From: an uncultured Gemmataceae bacterium
GTDB taxonomy: Bacteria > Planctomycetota > Planctomycetia > Gemmatales > Gemmataceae
DNA length: 64,000 bases
Reading direction: 5' to 3'
Assembly (NCBI GenBank): GCA_963750165.1
Contig: CAVVPN010000011.1
Location: 1,984,001-2,048,000 of the forward strand
Positions 52,352-61,353 of the stretch are shown one piece after another (within the stretch, counting starts at the first letter, position 1; each line of letters begins with the position of its first letter). Under the pieces are notes generated by a model. The model did not search any database. It saw only the letters and a list, made by a program, of their open reading frames with translations, and had not been told where the DNA came from. A program made the translations under genes and the position numbers.

Positions 52352-53335
52352 TTAACCGCCCGTGGCTTTCTCGACGTGGCCGCCGAACTTGTAACGCATC
52401 GCCGACAGCACCTTCTCCGCGAAGGTGTGCTCCTGCCGCGACCGGAAGCGCGTGAACAGCGCCGTCGTCAGCACCTCCGCCGGCACCGCCTGCTCAACAG
52501 CCGCCTGCACCGTCCAGCGGCCTTCGCCGGAGTCCTGCACGAAGCCGGAGAAGTTTGACAGCGACGCATTTTCCGCCAGGGCCATCGCCGTCAGGTCCAG
52601 CAGCCACGACCCCACCACGCTACCGCGCCGCCACAGTTCCGCGATGTCCGCCAGGTTCAGGTCGTAGCGGTGCTCCTCCGGCAGTTCCTTCGACTTCGCC
52701 CCGTGGAACAGGTCGAAACCCTCCGCGTACGCCTGCATCAACCCGTATTCGATGCCGTTGTGGATCATCTTGACGAAATGGCCCGCGCCGGAGGGGCCGC
52801 AATACAGGTAGCCCTGTTCGGCGGTGCTGGTCAATTGCTCGCGGCCGGGCGTCTTCGGGATGTCGCCGGGGCCGGGGGCCAGGTCCTTGAAGATGGGGTC
52901 GAGGTGCGTCACCGCGTCTCTGTCGCCCCCGATCATCATGCAGTAGCCGCGCTCCAGGCCCCAGACGCCGCCGCTGGTGCCCACGTCCAGGTAACGAATG
53001 CCCTTCGACTTCAGCAGCGCCGCCCGCCGCACGTCGTCCTTGAAATAGGAGTTGCCGCCGTCGATAAGGATGTCGCCGGACTCCATCAGGGCCGCCAACT
53101 CGTGGACGGTCGCCTCGGTCGGGGCGCCGGCCGGCACCATCAGCCAGGCGGCGCGCGGCTTCGTCAACTGCCGGACGAACTCCGCCAGGTTGGCGGCGCC
53201 GGTGGCGCCCTTGGCGGCGTAGTTCTTGACGGCGTCGGTGCTGCGGTCGTAGACCACGCAGCGATGGCCGCGACGCATCAGCCGCTCGACCATGTTGCCG
53301 CCCATCCGGCCCAGCCCCACCATGCCCAGTTGCAT
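52352..53335 (-). CDS. gnd: Short-type 6-phosphogluconate dehydrogenase (YqeC-like)
   Basis: [50 protein letters not shown]; 327 aa. Confidence 0.92.
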   Translation of the reverse strand: MQLGMVGLGRMGGNMVERLMRRGHRCVVYDRSTDAVKNYAAKGATGAANLAEFVRQLTKPRAAWLMVPAGAPTEATVHELAALMESGDILIDGGNSYFKDDVRRAALLKSKGIRYLDVGTSGGVWGLERGYCMMIGGDRDAVTHLDPIFKDLAPGPGDIPKTPGREQLTSTAEQGYLYCGPSGAGHFVKMIHNGIEYGLMQAYAEGFDLFHGAKSKELPEEHRYDLNLADIAELWRRGSVVGSWLLDLTAMALAENASLSNFSGFVQDSGEGRWTVQAAVEQAVPAEVLTTALFTRFRSRQEHTFAEKVLSAMRYKFGGHVEKATGG

Positions 53336-53417
53336 ATCGCTGCTCCTTGAGAATCCGTGGACGGGTTCGCCGCGCGGGGGCGACCTCGTTTTTTTAGGGA
53401 GCCGCGCCGGGACCACC

Positions 53418-53702
53418 AAGACGAATCACGAAAACACGACAGGACGAAAACACGAAAAAGAGAAGACGGAAACAGGAGTGCCAAGGGTAGCAGTCCAGGA
53501 CTCCCACCCAGATCACTCCTTTGGCTCTTCCGTTTTTAGGTGCGAAACACTGGATTTTCGGTGAACGGACGATCACGTGCCCCACGATTTTTCCAGGGAA
53601 AATTGAGAATCGGGCCGATAACCCGCACCTAAAAACGGAAGAGCCACTCCTTTTTCTGTCTTTTTCGTGTTTTCGTCCTGTCGCGTTTTCGTGATTCGTC
53701 TT
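53418..53702. mobile_element. 8-bp-unit hairpin element (CACGAAAA units) carrying a MITE
   Basis: Arms 53418-53461 and 53659-53702 are 43/44 complementary. Confidence 0.75.
53523..53645. mobile_element. 123-bp MITE with ISL3-like ends
   Basis: Perfect 22-bp TIR GGCTCTTCCGTTTTTAGGTGCG; 8-bp direct repeat ACTCCTTT at 53515-53522 and 53646-53653. Confidence 0.85.
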
Positions 53703-53769
53703 TGGCTCGGCTGACCAGGCGGCGGCGGCTTTCTACAATACCGGCACCTTTACACCAGGAGACGCTTGC

Positions 53770-55263
53770 ATGGCTACCCCCACCGCTGACATCGGCCTGA
53801 TCGGTCTGGCCGTCATGGGCGAAAACCTCGTGCTGAACATGGAGAGCCACGGCTATACAGTGGCCGTGTTCAACCGCACCACCGCCCGCGTCGATGCCTT
53901 CCTGGCCGGCCGCGCCAAAGGCAAAAAAATCATCGGCTGCCACACCGTCAAGGAGCTGGTAGCCGCGCTGAAGAAGCCGCGCAAGGTGATGATTATGGTC
54001 AAGGCCGGCCCGGCGGTCGATCAGGTCATCGAGGAGGTGGCGCCGCTGCTGGAACCCGGCGACATCCTCATCGACGGCGGCAACACCCACTACCCGGACA
54101 CCACGCGGCGCACGCAGGCGCTGAAGCAGCGCGGCCTGCTGTTCATCGGCACCGGCGTCTCCGGCGGCGAGGAGGGGGCGCTGAAAGGGCCGTCGATCAT
54201 GCCGGGCGGCGACCCCGCGGCGTGGCCTCACGTCAAGCCGATCTTCCAGGCCATCGCGGCGCAGGCGCCGGACGGTTCGCCCTGCTGCGACTGGGTCGGC
54301 GCCGAGGGGGCCGGCCATTACGTCAAGATGGTTCACAACGGCATCGAGTACGGCGACATGCAGCTCATCTGCGAGGCGTACCACCTGCTGAGCGGCCTGG
54401 GCGGGGTGACCGCGGACGCGCTGCATCAGGTCTTCGACCGCTGGAACAAGGGGCCGCTGGATAGTTATCTGATCGAGATCACGCGCGACATCTTCGGCTA
54501 CAAGGATCCCGAGACCGGCAAGCCGCTGGTGGACATGATCCTGGATGCCGCGGGTCAGAAGGGCACCGGCAAGTGGATGGTCGGCTCCGCCACGGACCTG
54601 GGCGTGCCGCTGACGCTCATCACCGAGGCGGTGTTCGCGCGCTGCCTGTCGGCGCAGAAGGATGAGCGCATCGCCGCGGCGAAGGTGCTGCACGGGCCGG
54701 CCGCTTCTCCCCTCGCTCCCCATGGGGGGAGAGGGGTCGGGGGCGAGGGGGGTACGGAGGCGTTTATCAAGGACGTGGAGATGGCCCTGTACGCCAGCAA
54801 GATCGGCTCGTACGCCCAGGGTTTCGCGCTGCTGAACGCGATGGCGAAGGAGACGGGCTGGACGATCAACAACGGCGCGGTGGCGCTGATGTGGCGCGGC
54901 GGCTGCATCATCCGCAGCGCCTTCCTCGGCAAGATCAAGGAGGCGTTCGACCGCAATCCGCAGCTGACGAACCTGCTGGTCGATCCGTACTTCGCCGGCG
55001 AGGTGGAGCGCGCCCAGGCGGGTTGGCGGCGGGCGGTCGGCGCCGGCGTGTCCCACGGCGTGCCGCTGCCGGCGATGAGCGCGGCCCTGGCGTACTTCGA
55101 CGGCTACCGCAGCGCCCGGCTGCCGGCCAACCTGTTGCAGGCCCAGCGCGACTACTTCGGCGCCCACACCTATGAGCGCGTCGATAAGCCGCGCGGTCAG
55201 TTCTTCCACACGAACTGGACTGGTCGCGGCGGCACCACCGCCTCGACGACGTATAACGTGTGA
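53770..55263 (+). CDS. gndA: NADP-dependent 6-phosphogluconate dehydrogenase (long type)
   Basis: GLAVMG, FNRT, VSGGEEGA, GHYVKMVHNGIEYGDMQ, QKGTGKW, QAQRDYFGAHTY. Confidence 0.96.
   Translation: MATPTADIGLIGLAVMGENLVLNMESHGYTVAVFNRTTARVDAFLAGRAKGKKIIGCHTVKELVAALKKPRKVMIMVKAGPAVDQVIEEVAPLLEPGDILIDGGNTHYPDTTRRTQALKQRGLLFIGTGVSGGEEGALKGPSIMPGGDPAAWPHVKPIFQAIAAQAPDGSPCCDWVGAEGAGHYVKMVHNGIEYGDMQLICEAYHLLSGLGGVTADALHQVFDRWNKGPLDSYLIEITRDIFGYKDPETGKPLVDMILDAAGQKGTGKWMVGSATDLGVPLTLITEAVFARCLSAQKDERIAAAKVLHGPAASPLAPHGGRGVGGEGGTEAFIKDVEMALYASKIGSYAQGFALLNAMAKETGWTINNGAVALMWRGGCIIRSAFLGKIKEAFDRNPQLTNLLVDPYFAGEVERAQAGWRRAVGAGVSHGVPLPAMSAALAYFDGYRSARLPANLLQAQRDYFGAHTYERVDKPRGQFFHTNWTGRGGTTASTTYNV
54706..54752. 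repeat. Palindromic REP-like element in frame within gndA
   Basis: TCTCCCCTCGCTCCCCATGGGGGGAGAGGGGTCGGGGGCGAGGGG encodes SPLAPHGGRGVGGEG. Confidence 0.65.
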
Positions 55264-55272
55264 GCCGAAACA

Positions 55273-55330
55273 GGAGCTCGCAGTGCAAGCAAGGGCCAAC
55301 GTTTCAACCCTTGCTTGTGCCGCGGACTCC
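55273..55330. repeat. Degenerate REP doublet (GCAAGCAAGGG...CCCTTGCTTG)
   Basis: Inverted repeat between convergent genes. Confidence 0.55.
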
Positions 55331-55343
55331 CTGGTGAGCAGTG

Positions 55344-55802
55344 TCAATAACCCAGCGTGAACGTCTGGGCGTTGCCCTCATAAAAGAATGTACAGAGGTT
55401 GAGCACGACGCGGCCGATCAGGGCTTGATATCCCAGGTGAGCAACCAGCGTCTTATCAACGACGGGCAAGGTGGATCGAATCAAATGGTCGCGGCGGTTC
55501 CCCGAAGGGTGCAGGATGGTCAGACTCACGTCGTACTGGAGGGCAAAAGAAATTGCACCGCTGCTTGGGTCAGCGACGATGGCAGCCGTCGGAACCTGCC
55601 CGGCCAGGAACGGCAAGTGCCGCGTATCGATAAAGGTCACGTCCGCTCCGCTGTCGATCAGATTGCGCAGGAGGATCGGTTGGAGGACAGCGCCTCCTTG
55701 CCCTGCCTGGCGCAACGTCGCCGCTCGGGTGCCGCTCACCGCGACCGACAGTTGAACCACGGGACCGACACTGGGATCAAAAGGCGAAGTGAAGAACGGC
55801 AT
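55344..55802 (-). CDS. Retropepsin-like (clan AA) aspartyl protease domain protein
   Basis: LIDSGADVTFID and ALIGRVVL motifs; lower GC. Confidence 0.7.
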   Translation of the reverse strand: MPFFTSPFDPSVGPVVQLSVAVSGTRAATLRQAGQGGAVLQPILLRNLIDSGADVTFIDTRHLPFLAGQVPTAAIVADPSSGAISFALQYDVSLTILHPSGNRRDHLIRSTLPVVDKTLVAHLGYQALIGRVVLNLCTFFYEGNAQTFTLGY

Positions 55803-55804
55803 GG

Positions 55805-56176
55805 TTAGCCCAGTGGATCCGGCGCAATTTTCTTCACCAGGAACGGCGTAAAACGAACTTTATCCTTGACGGGAACCCTAAAGGAAGGCCCGCTATAGGA
55901 CCCCTTGCCGAAACCGGCCACGGCAGACGCACAGCTTTCGGCGGCTCGCATCGCCTCCTCCAACTCGGCGCACGGTTTCGCCTGAGCTGCGGACTGCTCT
56001 ACCACCTCGATCACTCGCTCAAACACCTCCAGAAGTTGCGGGTGAGGTTGATCCCAAAACCGGCGCAACAACGGCTGGACCCGACGTCCACACCTGGCGG
56101 CAAATGCCACCCGCGCCCAACGAGGTAACTGTCGCAGGTCTGCTTCCGTTAGCGGTTGCGTCTGCACCACGGGCAT
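55805..56176 (-). CDS. Hypothetical protein, possibly chimeric
   Basis: MPVVQTQPLTEADLRQLPRWARVAFAARC..., RBS GGAGG; ends ...RFTPFLVKKIAPDPLG. Confidence 0.55.
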   Translation of the reverse strand: MPVVQTQPLTEADLRQLPRWARVAFAARCGRRVQPLLRRFWDQPHPQLLEVFERVIEVVEQSAAQAKPCAELEEAMRAAESCASAVAGFGKGSYSGPSFRVPVKDKVRFTPFLVKKIAPDPLG

Positions 56177-56325
56177 GTTCTTCCTCCGTCGCAATGCAAT
56201 GTTCGGCCGTCAGCCCTTCCTCTGATACCTCCCACTTAACGATTATCGCCCGGTGTGTAAATGCAACGGGCCGCTTACTGCATCCGGCCCCAGGCCGCTG
56301 GCTTTTGCGGCCCAGTCCCCACGCT

Positions 56326-56341
56326 GGGCACGGGCTTTGCA
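56326..56341 (+). promoter_or_regulatory. Putative sigma-54 promoter
   Basis: GGGCACGGGCTTTGCA, close to consensus TGGCACG-N4-TTGCW, about 80 bp upstream of the ORF at 56420. Confidence 0.65.
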
Positions 56342-56419
56342 ACGGATTGTCCTGGAAGACTGCTGGGACAGGTCGGCACAGGGCTGGCCACGACCGGGAG
56401 ACAGACGAGGAGGTGCGTG

Positions 56420-56620
56420 ATGGCGACTCACCAGAGCAAGGTGCCGCCGGACGAGGTGGTGCGGCGCGATTTCGAGACGGGCACCGTCCAGCCGGGGCCA
56501 GGCATGGCGCCCGAGAAGCCGCCCGCCGAGGACGAACTGGAGTACGCGGCGAAGCACGGCCAGACGGGCACGAACCCGGCCGGCAAGCAGGACCAGGGCA
56601 AGCCAGCGTCCGGCGGCTGA
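56420..56620 (+). CDS. Small hydrophilic protein (66 aa)
   Basis: Strong AGGAGG RBS and host-like codons; MATHQSKVPPDEVVRRDFETG. Confidence 0.7.
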   Translation: MATHQSKVPPDEVVRRDFETGTVQPGPGMAPEKPPAEDELEYAAKHGQTGTNPAGKQDQGKPASGG

Positions 56621-56630
56621 TCGGCGTGCC

Positions 56631-56669
56631 AAAAACGACCGCCGCCGCGCGGGGGCTGCGCGGCGGCGG
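56631..56669 (-). terminator. Intrinsic terminator between convergent genes
   Basis: Stem CCGCCGCCGCGC/GCGCGGCGGCGG followed by a T-tract on the minus strand. Confidence 0.55.
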
Positions 56670-56685
56670 GCGTCTCGTCAGAATG

Positions 56686-57153
56686 TCACTTGATCTTCAA
56701 CGCCGTTTGCAGGTCCTGGTAGGCGTTGGTGACGTGGGTTTGGGCGGTGACGTGATGCTTGGCGGTGGCACCGGACATCTGCGTATGCACGGTCTGCAGG
56801 ATTTGCATGGCCTGTTGCAGGTGCTTGTCGGACACAGACTGCGGCTGGTTGTTGCTCCCCGAGACGGGCGGCAACTTCGGGTGCTTGTGCTTGGGCTCCA
56901 GGGCGTGGATCGCCTGGCGGATCTGATGAGCGGCCTTGGCGCGGTAGCCGTTGTAATCGTGATCGGCGTTATGCACCAGCGTCCGCGCACGCACCAGCTC
57001 CTGCACCAGCTGGGCGTTCACAAGGTTGTTGTTCTTCTTCTTTTTCTGGCCGCCCTTCTGCATTGCGCCGGCGTCACCAGCCAGGACGGCGCTTACGGCC
57101 AGCGTCAGCGCCGTAACCGCCACCACGATCAACCGCCGAGAAATGGATCGCAT
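56686..57153 (-). CDS. Secreted hypothetical protein
   Basis: Signal peptide; ADHDYNGYRAKA and QSVSDKHL; AGGAG RBS. Confidence 0.75.
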   Translation of the reverse strand: MRSISRRLIVVAVTALTLAVSAVLAGDAGAMQKGGQKKKKNNNLVNAQLVQELVRARTLVHNADHDYNGYRAKAAHQIRQAIHALEPKHKHPKLPPVSGSNNQPQSVSDKHLQQAMQILQTVHTQMSGATAKHHVTAQTHVTNAYQDLQTALKIK

Positions 57154-57407
57154 GTCGTGTCTCCTTGAAACAGACCTCTCGATGGAATTGTGCCTCTTCG
57201 TCCCGGTTGCACCATAACCGGCCGTTGCGCGGAGGGGATGACGGGTAAGACCTCCACCGAGCGGCCCGCTTCCAGACGATGACCATTAAACGCGGATTCC
57301 CTGGGAAAAGTTCCGCCAAACCGAGGAATTTCTGGCCGACTTCGCCGCCAGGCAATTTTGATACAATGCCTCGGTAACCCCGCATTCCTCCAACCCGCGA
57401 GACCGCC

Positions 57408-58142
57408 ATGCGCACCAGAGCTGCCTGTATCGCCGTCCTGCTGACCCTCGCCGCCGGCGCGGCCGGCGCCGGCGAACCGAAGTGGAAGCACCTGCTGGGC
57501 GACAACCTCAATGCGTTCAAGCAGCCCGTCGGCACCTGGATTCAGGCCGCAAGCGTCACCCTTGACAAGAATAATCCAAAAAAGCTCGTCGCCAAGCCGG
57601 GCAAGGGCATCTGGGTCAACGGCCCGGGCGGCAAGACGCGCGACCTCATCACCAAGGAGTTCTTCGGAGATGTGGAAGTCCACGTCGAGTTCCTGATCCC
57701 CAGGGGCTCCAACTCCGGCGTCAAGCTGGAAGGGCTGTATGAGATTCAGATCCTCGACACGCACGGCGCCAAAAAGTTGAGCGGCGATTCCTGCGGCGGC
57801 ATCTACCCGCGGGCCGAGCTGAGGCCGAAGTATCATCACATCGACAAGGGCATTCCGCCGAAGGTCAACGCCGCCAGGCCGGCAGGCGAATGGCAGACGC
57901 TGGACATCATTTTCGTGGCGCCGAAGTTTGACGCCAGCGGCAAGAAGGTCGCCAACGCCCGCTTCGTCAAGGTGGTGCTCAACGGCCAGGTGGTTCACGA
58001 CAACGTGGAGCTGCTGACGCCGACCGGCAACAACTACACGCGGCCGGAGATCGCCACGGGGCCGATCTTGTTGCAGGCGGACCACGGGCCAGTGGCGTTT
58101 CGCGATGTGCGTGTGCGGCCGTACCTGCCGGAGAAGAAGTGA
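57408..58142 (+). CDS. DUF1080 (3-keto-disaccharide hydrolase family) protein
   Basis: FGDVEVHVEF, SNSGV, YEIQILD, GEWQTLDI, GPILLQADHGPVAFRDV. Confidence 0.9.
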   Translation: MRTRAACIAVLLTLAAGAAGAGEPKWKHLLGDNLNAFKQPVGTWIQAASVTLDKNNPKKLVAKPGKGIWVNGPGGKTRDLITKEFFGDVEVHVEFLIPRGSNSGVKLEGLYEIQILDTHGAKKLSGDSCGGIYPRAELRPKYHHIDKGIPPKVNAARPAGEWQTLDIIFVAPKFDASGKKVANARFVKVVLNGQVVHDNVELLTPTGNNYTRPEIATGPILLQADHGPVAFRDVRVRPYLPEKK

Positions 58143-58180
58143 GCGTCCGCGGAACGCCCTCCGTGGCGTTGTGACGGCGT

Positions 58181-58584
58181 TCAAAGATCCTGTCTGTCGG
58201 GCAGGGGAGAAGGTTCCACCAGCCAGGTGGTAGTGTGTTCGATGAGCACGACATCCTGATTGGCGACCTGTTTTTGTTCGAGGATCCAGCGCAGTTGCCG
58301 GAAAAAGTCCTTTGCCTCCTCGGTCTGAGGTGTGTACAGGACCATCAGCGTGTGGCGGTCAATAATCGGCCGTTCCGCTCCCGGCGGGGCCCAGGAGCCG
58401 TACCAGGGGGATGCCCCTCAGCGGAGGCTTCGGTATAGCCCGCGAAGCAGGCATGAAACAATTCGGCCAGCAGTTCGCGGTGCGCGCCGGTGAACACCTC
58501 CCGGCCCTCCGAAAGTGAAGGCAGGTGCACGGCGGGCATCGACCGTCCCTCCCAAAGAATGGTTTGTAGAGGCTCAACTCCCAT
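58181..58584 (-). CDS. Hypothetical protein split by a frameshift in a C run near 58408
   Basis: ...HACFAGYTEASAEGHPP continues in another frame as WYGSWAPPGAERPIIDRHTLMVLYTPQTEEAKDFFRQLRWILEQKQVANQDVVLIEH. Confidence 0.5.
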
Positions 58585-58761
58585 GATCGTACAGAATACT
58601 GCCGCAGGCGCAACAGCGGAACGGCGCGTGCCTGCCGTTGCTCCTTCTCCGCGCGCCGATTTGACAAGCCCCCGCCGCTGGCCAATGCTTGCACATCGGA
58701 AGTGTTGCGCTCCCCCCGTGCCGAATCGCCTACACGGAGCTTCGCCGTACAAGGATCACGC

Positions 58762-60153
58762 ATGTCAGGCAGTTGTCTTGCCCTGGTCGCTGACGATCCG
58801 CAACTGGCCGAAGCTGTCCAGGCGCACCTGCGCCAGTACCTGGGTCAGCCGGCATTCCACTGCTCGTTCGACCGCATCCGTGACCACCTCAGCCACGACA
58901 CCGACGGCGTGCTGCTCCTGGCCGCCGGTTCGCCACGCGACTACCCGCCGCTGCTCCGGCTCATCCGCGACATCAACCTGCAAAAACTGCCGCCGCACCT
59001 GGTCGTGATCCTGGCCGCGGAGGGCGTCGGCGACGGCCTGGCGGCCCTGGAGCCGTACGTCACCCGCCAGCTGCGCTGGCCCGCGGACGCCGCAGTGCTC
59101 GTGCAGCTCGTCAAGGAGCGCGGCCGCCGCGGTCGGGAGTTTATCGGCACACACAACGAACCCCTTGAAGAAGTCCTGAGCCGACGCCTGCTGGCGCAAA
59201 CGCCGTCCCTGCTGCCGCTGGCCGAGCGCATCGCCCTGGCGGCCACCCATGATGTGACTGTGCTGCTCAACGGCGAGACCGGCACCGGCAAGACATTCCT
59301 GGCCCGGCTCGTTCACGAGCATTCGCCGCGCAAGCAGTACCGCTTCCTGACGGTGCCGTGCGGCGCCATCGCTGCCAACCTGATCGAGAGTGAATTTTTC
59401 GGCCACGCCAGGGGGGCGTTCACCGGCGCGGATCGGTCGAAGGTCGGCAAATTCTCGGCGGTCGGCGACGGCACGCTCTTGCTGGACGAGATCGACACAC
59501 TCGGCCTGGAACAGCAGGCGACGCTGCTGCGCGTCATCGAAACGGGCGAATTCGAGCCGGTCGGCAGCATCGATACGCAGCGCTGCACGGCCCGGCTGAT
59601 CGTCGCCAGCAACCTCAACCTGGAAGAGGCGGTGGAGCGCGGCAAGTTCCGCGCGGACCTGTATTTCCGGCTGAACGTGATGTCGTTCCACCTGCCGCCA
59701 CTGCGCGAGCGCGTGCAGGACATCGCGCCGCTGGCGCGCGGCATGGCGGCGCGCTTCAACCTGAAGTTCAACAAGGAACTGTTCGATCTGAGCCCGGAGG
59801 CGCTGGCGGCGCTGGAGTTGTTCCCCTGGCCGGGCAACATCCGCCAGCTGGAGAACGTGATTCAGCACGCGGTGCTGGTGAGCAGCGGCCCGGAACTGCT
59901 GGTGCAGCACCTGCCGCAGCCGTTGCAGGACCACGCGGTGTTGAACCAGGGCCAGGCGCCGCCGGCGCCCGCCGACTCGCTGCACCAGCAGCGCGACCTG
60001 ATCGAACGCAACGTCATCCAGCGGGCGTTGGCCAACCATGGCTACAGCCGCGCCCGCGCCGCCGATGCCCTCGGTATCAGCCGTGTCACGCTCTACAAGA
60101 AGATGAAAAAGTACGGGCTGATGACCACCCCCGTGCATCCGGCGCGGGCATAG
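58762..60153 (+). CDS. Sigma-54-dependent transcriptional activator (NtrC-like)
   Basis: GETGTGKT, ESEFFGH, GAFTGA, LLDEI, FRADLYFRL, WPGNIRQL, Fis-type HTH. Confidence 0.95.
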   Translation: MSGSCLALVADDPQLAEAVQAHLRQYLGQPAFHCSFDRIRDHLSHDTDGVLLLAAGSPRDYPPLLRLIRDINLQKLPPHLVVILAAEGVGDGLAALEPYVTRQLRWPADAAVLVQLVKERGRRGREFIGTHNEPLEEVLSRRLLAQTPSLLPLAERIALAATHDVTVLLNGETGTGKTFLARLVHEHSPRKQYRFLTVPCGAIAANLIESEFFGHARGAFTGADRSKVGKFSAVGDGTLLLDEIDTLGLEQQATLLRVIETGEFEPVGSIDTQRCTARLIVASNLNLEEAVERGKFRADLYFRLNVMSFHLPPLRERVQDIAPLARGMAARFNLKFNKELFDLSPEALAALELFPWPGNIRQLENVIQHAVLVSSGPELLVQHLPQPLQDHAVLNQGQAPPAPADSLHQQRDLIERNVIQRALANHGYSRARAADALGISRVTLYKKMKKYGLMTTPVHPARA

Positions 60154-60186
60154 TCAAAAGTCAGCAGTCAGGAGTCAGAGGTCAGC
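60153..60186 (+). repeat. Heptamer tandem repeat (GTCARNN x5)
   Basis: GTCAAAA GTCAGCA GTCAGGA GTCAGAG GTCAGC fills the gap between two convergent stop codons. Confidence 0.65.
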
Positions 60187-61264
60187 GCTGGATGCGCGCC
60201 GAGCCGCCGGCGGCGAAGGCACGCACCTGTTCCAGCGTCGCCATGGTCGTGTCTCCGGGGAACGTCGTCAGCAGTGCCCCGTGTGCCCAGCCCAGCTTGA
60301 GCGCCTCCTCCGCCGATTCGCCGTTCATCAGACCGTAGAAGAACCCCGCCGCGAAGCCGTCGCCGCCGCCCACGCGGTCGTATACGTCCAGGTCGCAGGT
60401 CAGCGACACGTGCGTCTTGCCGCCCACCCAGGCCACCGCGCCCCACTGATGCCGGTTGGTCGAGTGGACCTCGCGAAGCGTCGTCGCCACGACCTTCACC
60501 TGCGGATACAGCTTGACCACCTGGTCGATCATGCCGAAGAACGCGGTCGGGTCGAGCTTCGACTTCGACGCCACCTCCGGCCCGGCGACGCCGAGGCCCT
60601 TTTGCAGATCCTCCTCGTTGCCGACCAGCACGTCCACATGAGCCATGATGCGACGGATGACCTCGTGGGCGCGCTGCAGGCCGCCGCTGATCTTCCAGAG
60701 CTTTTCGCGGAAGTTCAGGTCAAAGGACACCACCGCCCCGGCCGCCTTCGCCGCCTGCATGCCCTCGACGATGACCTCCGGCGTCGTCGCCGACAGCGCC
60801 GCGAAAATGCCGCCGCTGTGGAACCAGCGCACCCCGGCACCGAAGACCGCCGGCCAGTCGAAATCGCCCGGCTTGAGCCGGGCCGCCGCCTCGTTGGCGC
60901 GGTTGTAGAAGACCACCGGAGCGCGAACGCCGTGGCCGCGGTCGCTGTAGACCGTGGCCATGTTCGGCCCGGTGACGCCATCGTGGATGAAGTGCTTGTA
61001 GAACGGCCGCACGCCCATGGCCCGGACGCGCTCGGCGATCAACTCGCCAATGGGGTAATCGACCAGCGCGCTGGCGACGCCGGTGTTGAGGCGGAAACAG
61101 TCGGCGAGATTGGCCGCGACGTTGAACTCGCCGCCGCTGACGTGAATCTGGCACTCGTGGGCCTTGCGGAACGGGATGAGGCCCGGGTCGAGGCGGTGGA
61201 CCAGGGCGCCGAGGGCCAGGAAATCGAGGGCGCCGCCCCGGGGGATGTTCAGGTGGGGGTGCAT
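60182..61264 (-). CDS. kdgK: PfkB sugar kinase (2-keto-3-deoxygluconate kinase-like)
   Basis: SGGEFNVA, FDLNFREKLW, GNEED, DRVGGGDGFAAG. Confidence 0.85.
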   Translation of the reverse strand: MHPHLNIPRGGALDFLALGALVHRLDPGLIPFRKAHECQIHVSGGEFNVAANLADCFRLNTGVASALVDYPIGELIAERVRAMGVRPFYKHFIHDGVTGPNMATVYSDRGHGVRAPVVFYNRANEAAARLKPGDFDWPAVFGAGVRWFHSGGIFAALSATTPEVIVEGMQAAKAAGAVVSFDLNFREKLWKISGGLQRAHEVIRRIMAHVDVLVGNEEDLQKGLGVAGPEVASKSKLDPTAFFGMIDQVVKLYPQVKVVATTLREVHSTNRHQWGAVAWVGGKTHVSLTCDLDVYDRVGGGDGFAAGFFYGLMNGESAEEALKLGWAHGALLTTFPGDTTMATLEQVRAFAAGGSARIQR

Positions 61265-61353
61265 GATGCTCTCCAGGTTGGCCGCGGAGTCGTACAGCGT
61301 CGGTGTACGAACCCGGGGCGGCGGCGAACATGGTGCAACCACGGCCCGTGCGG

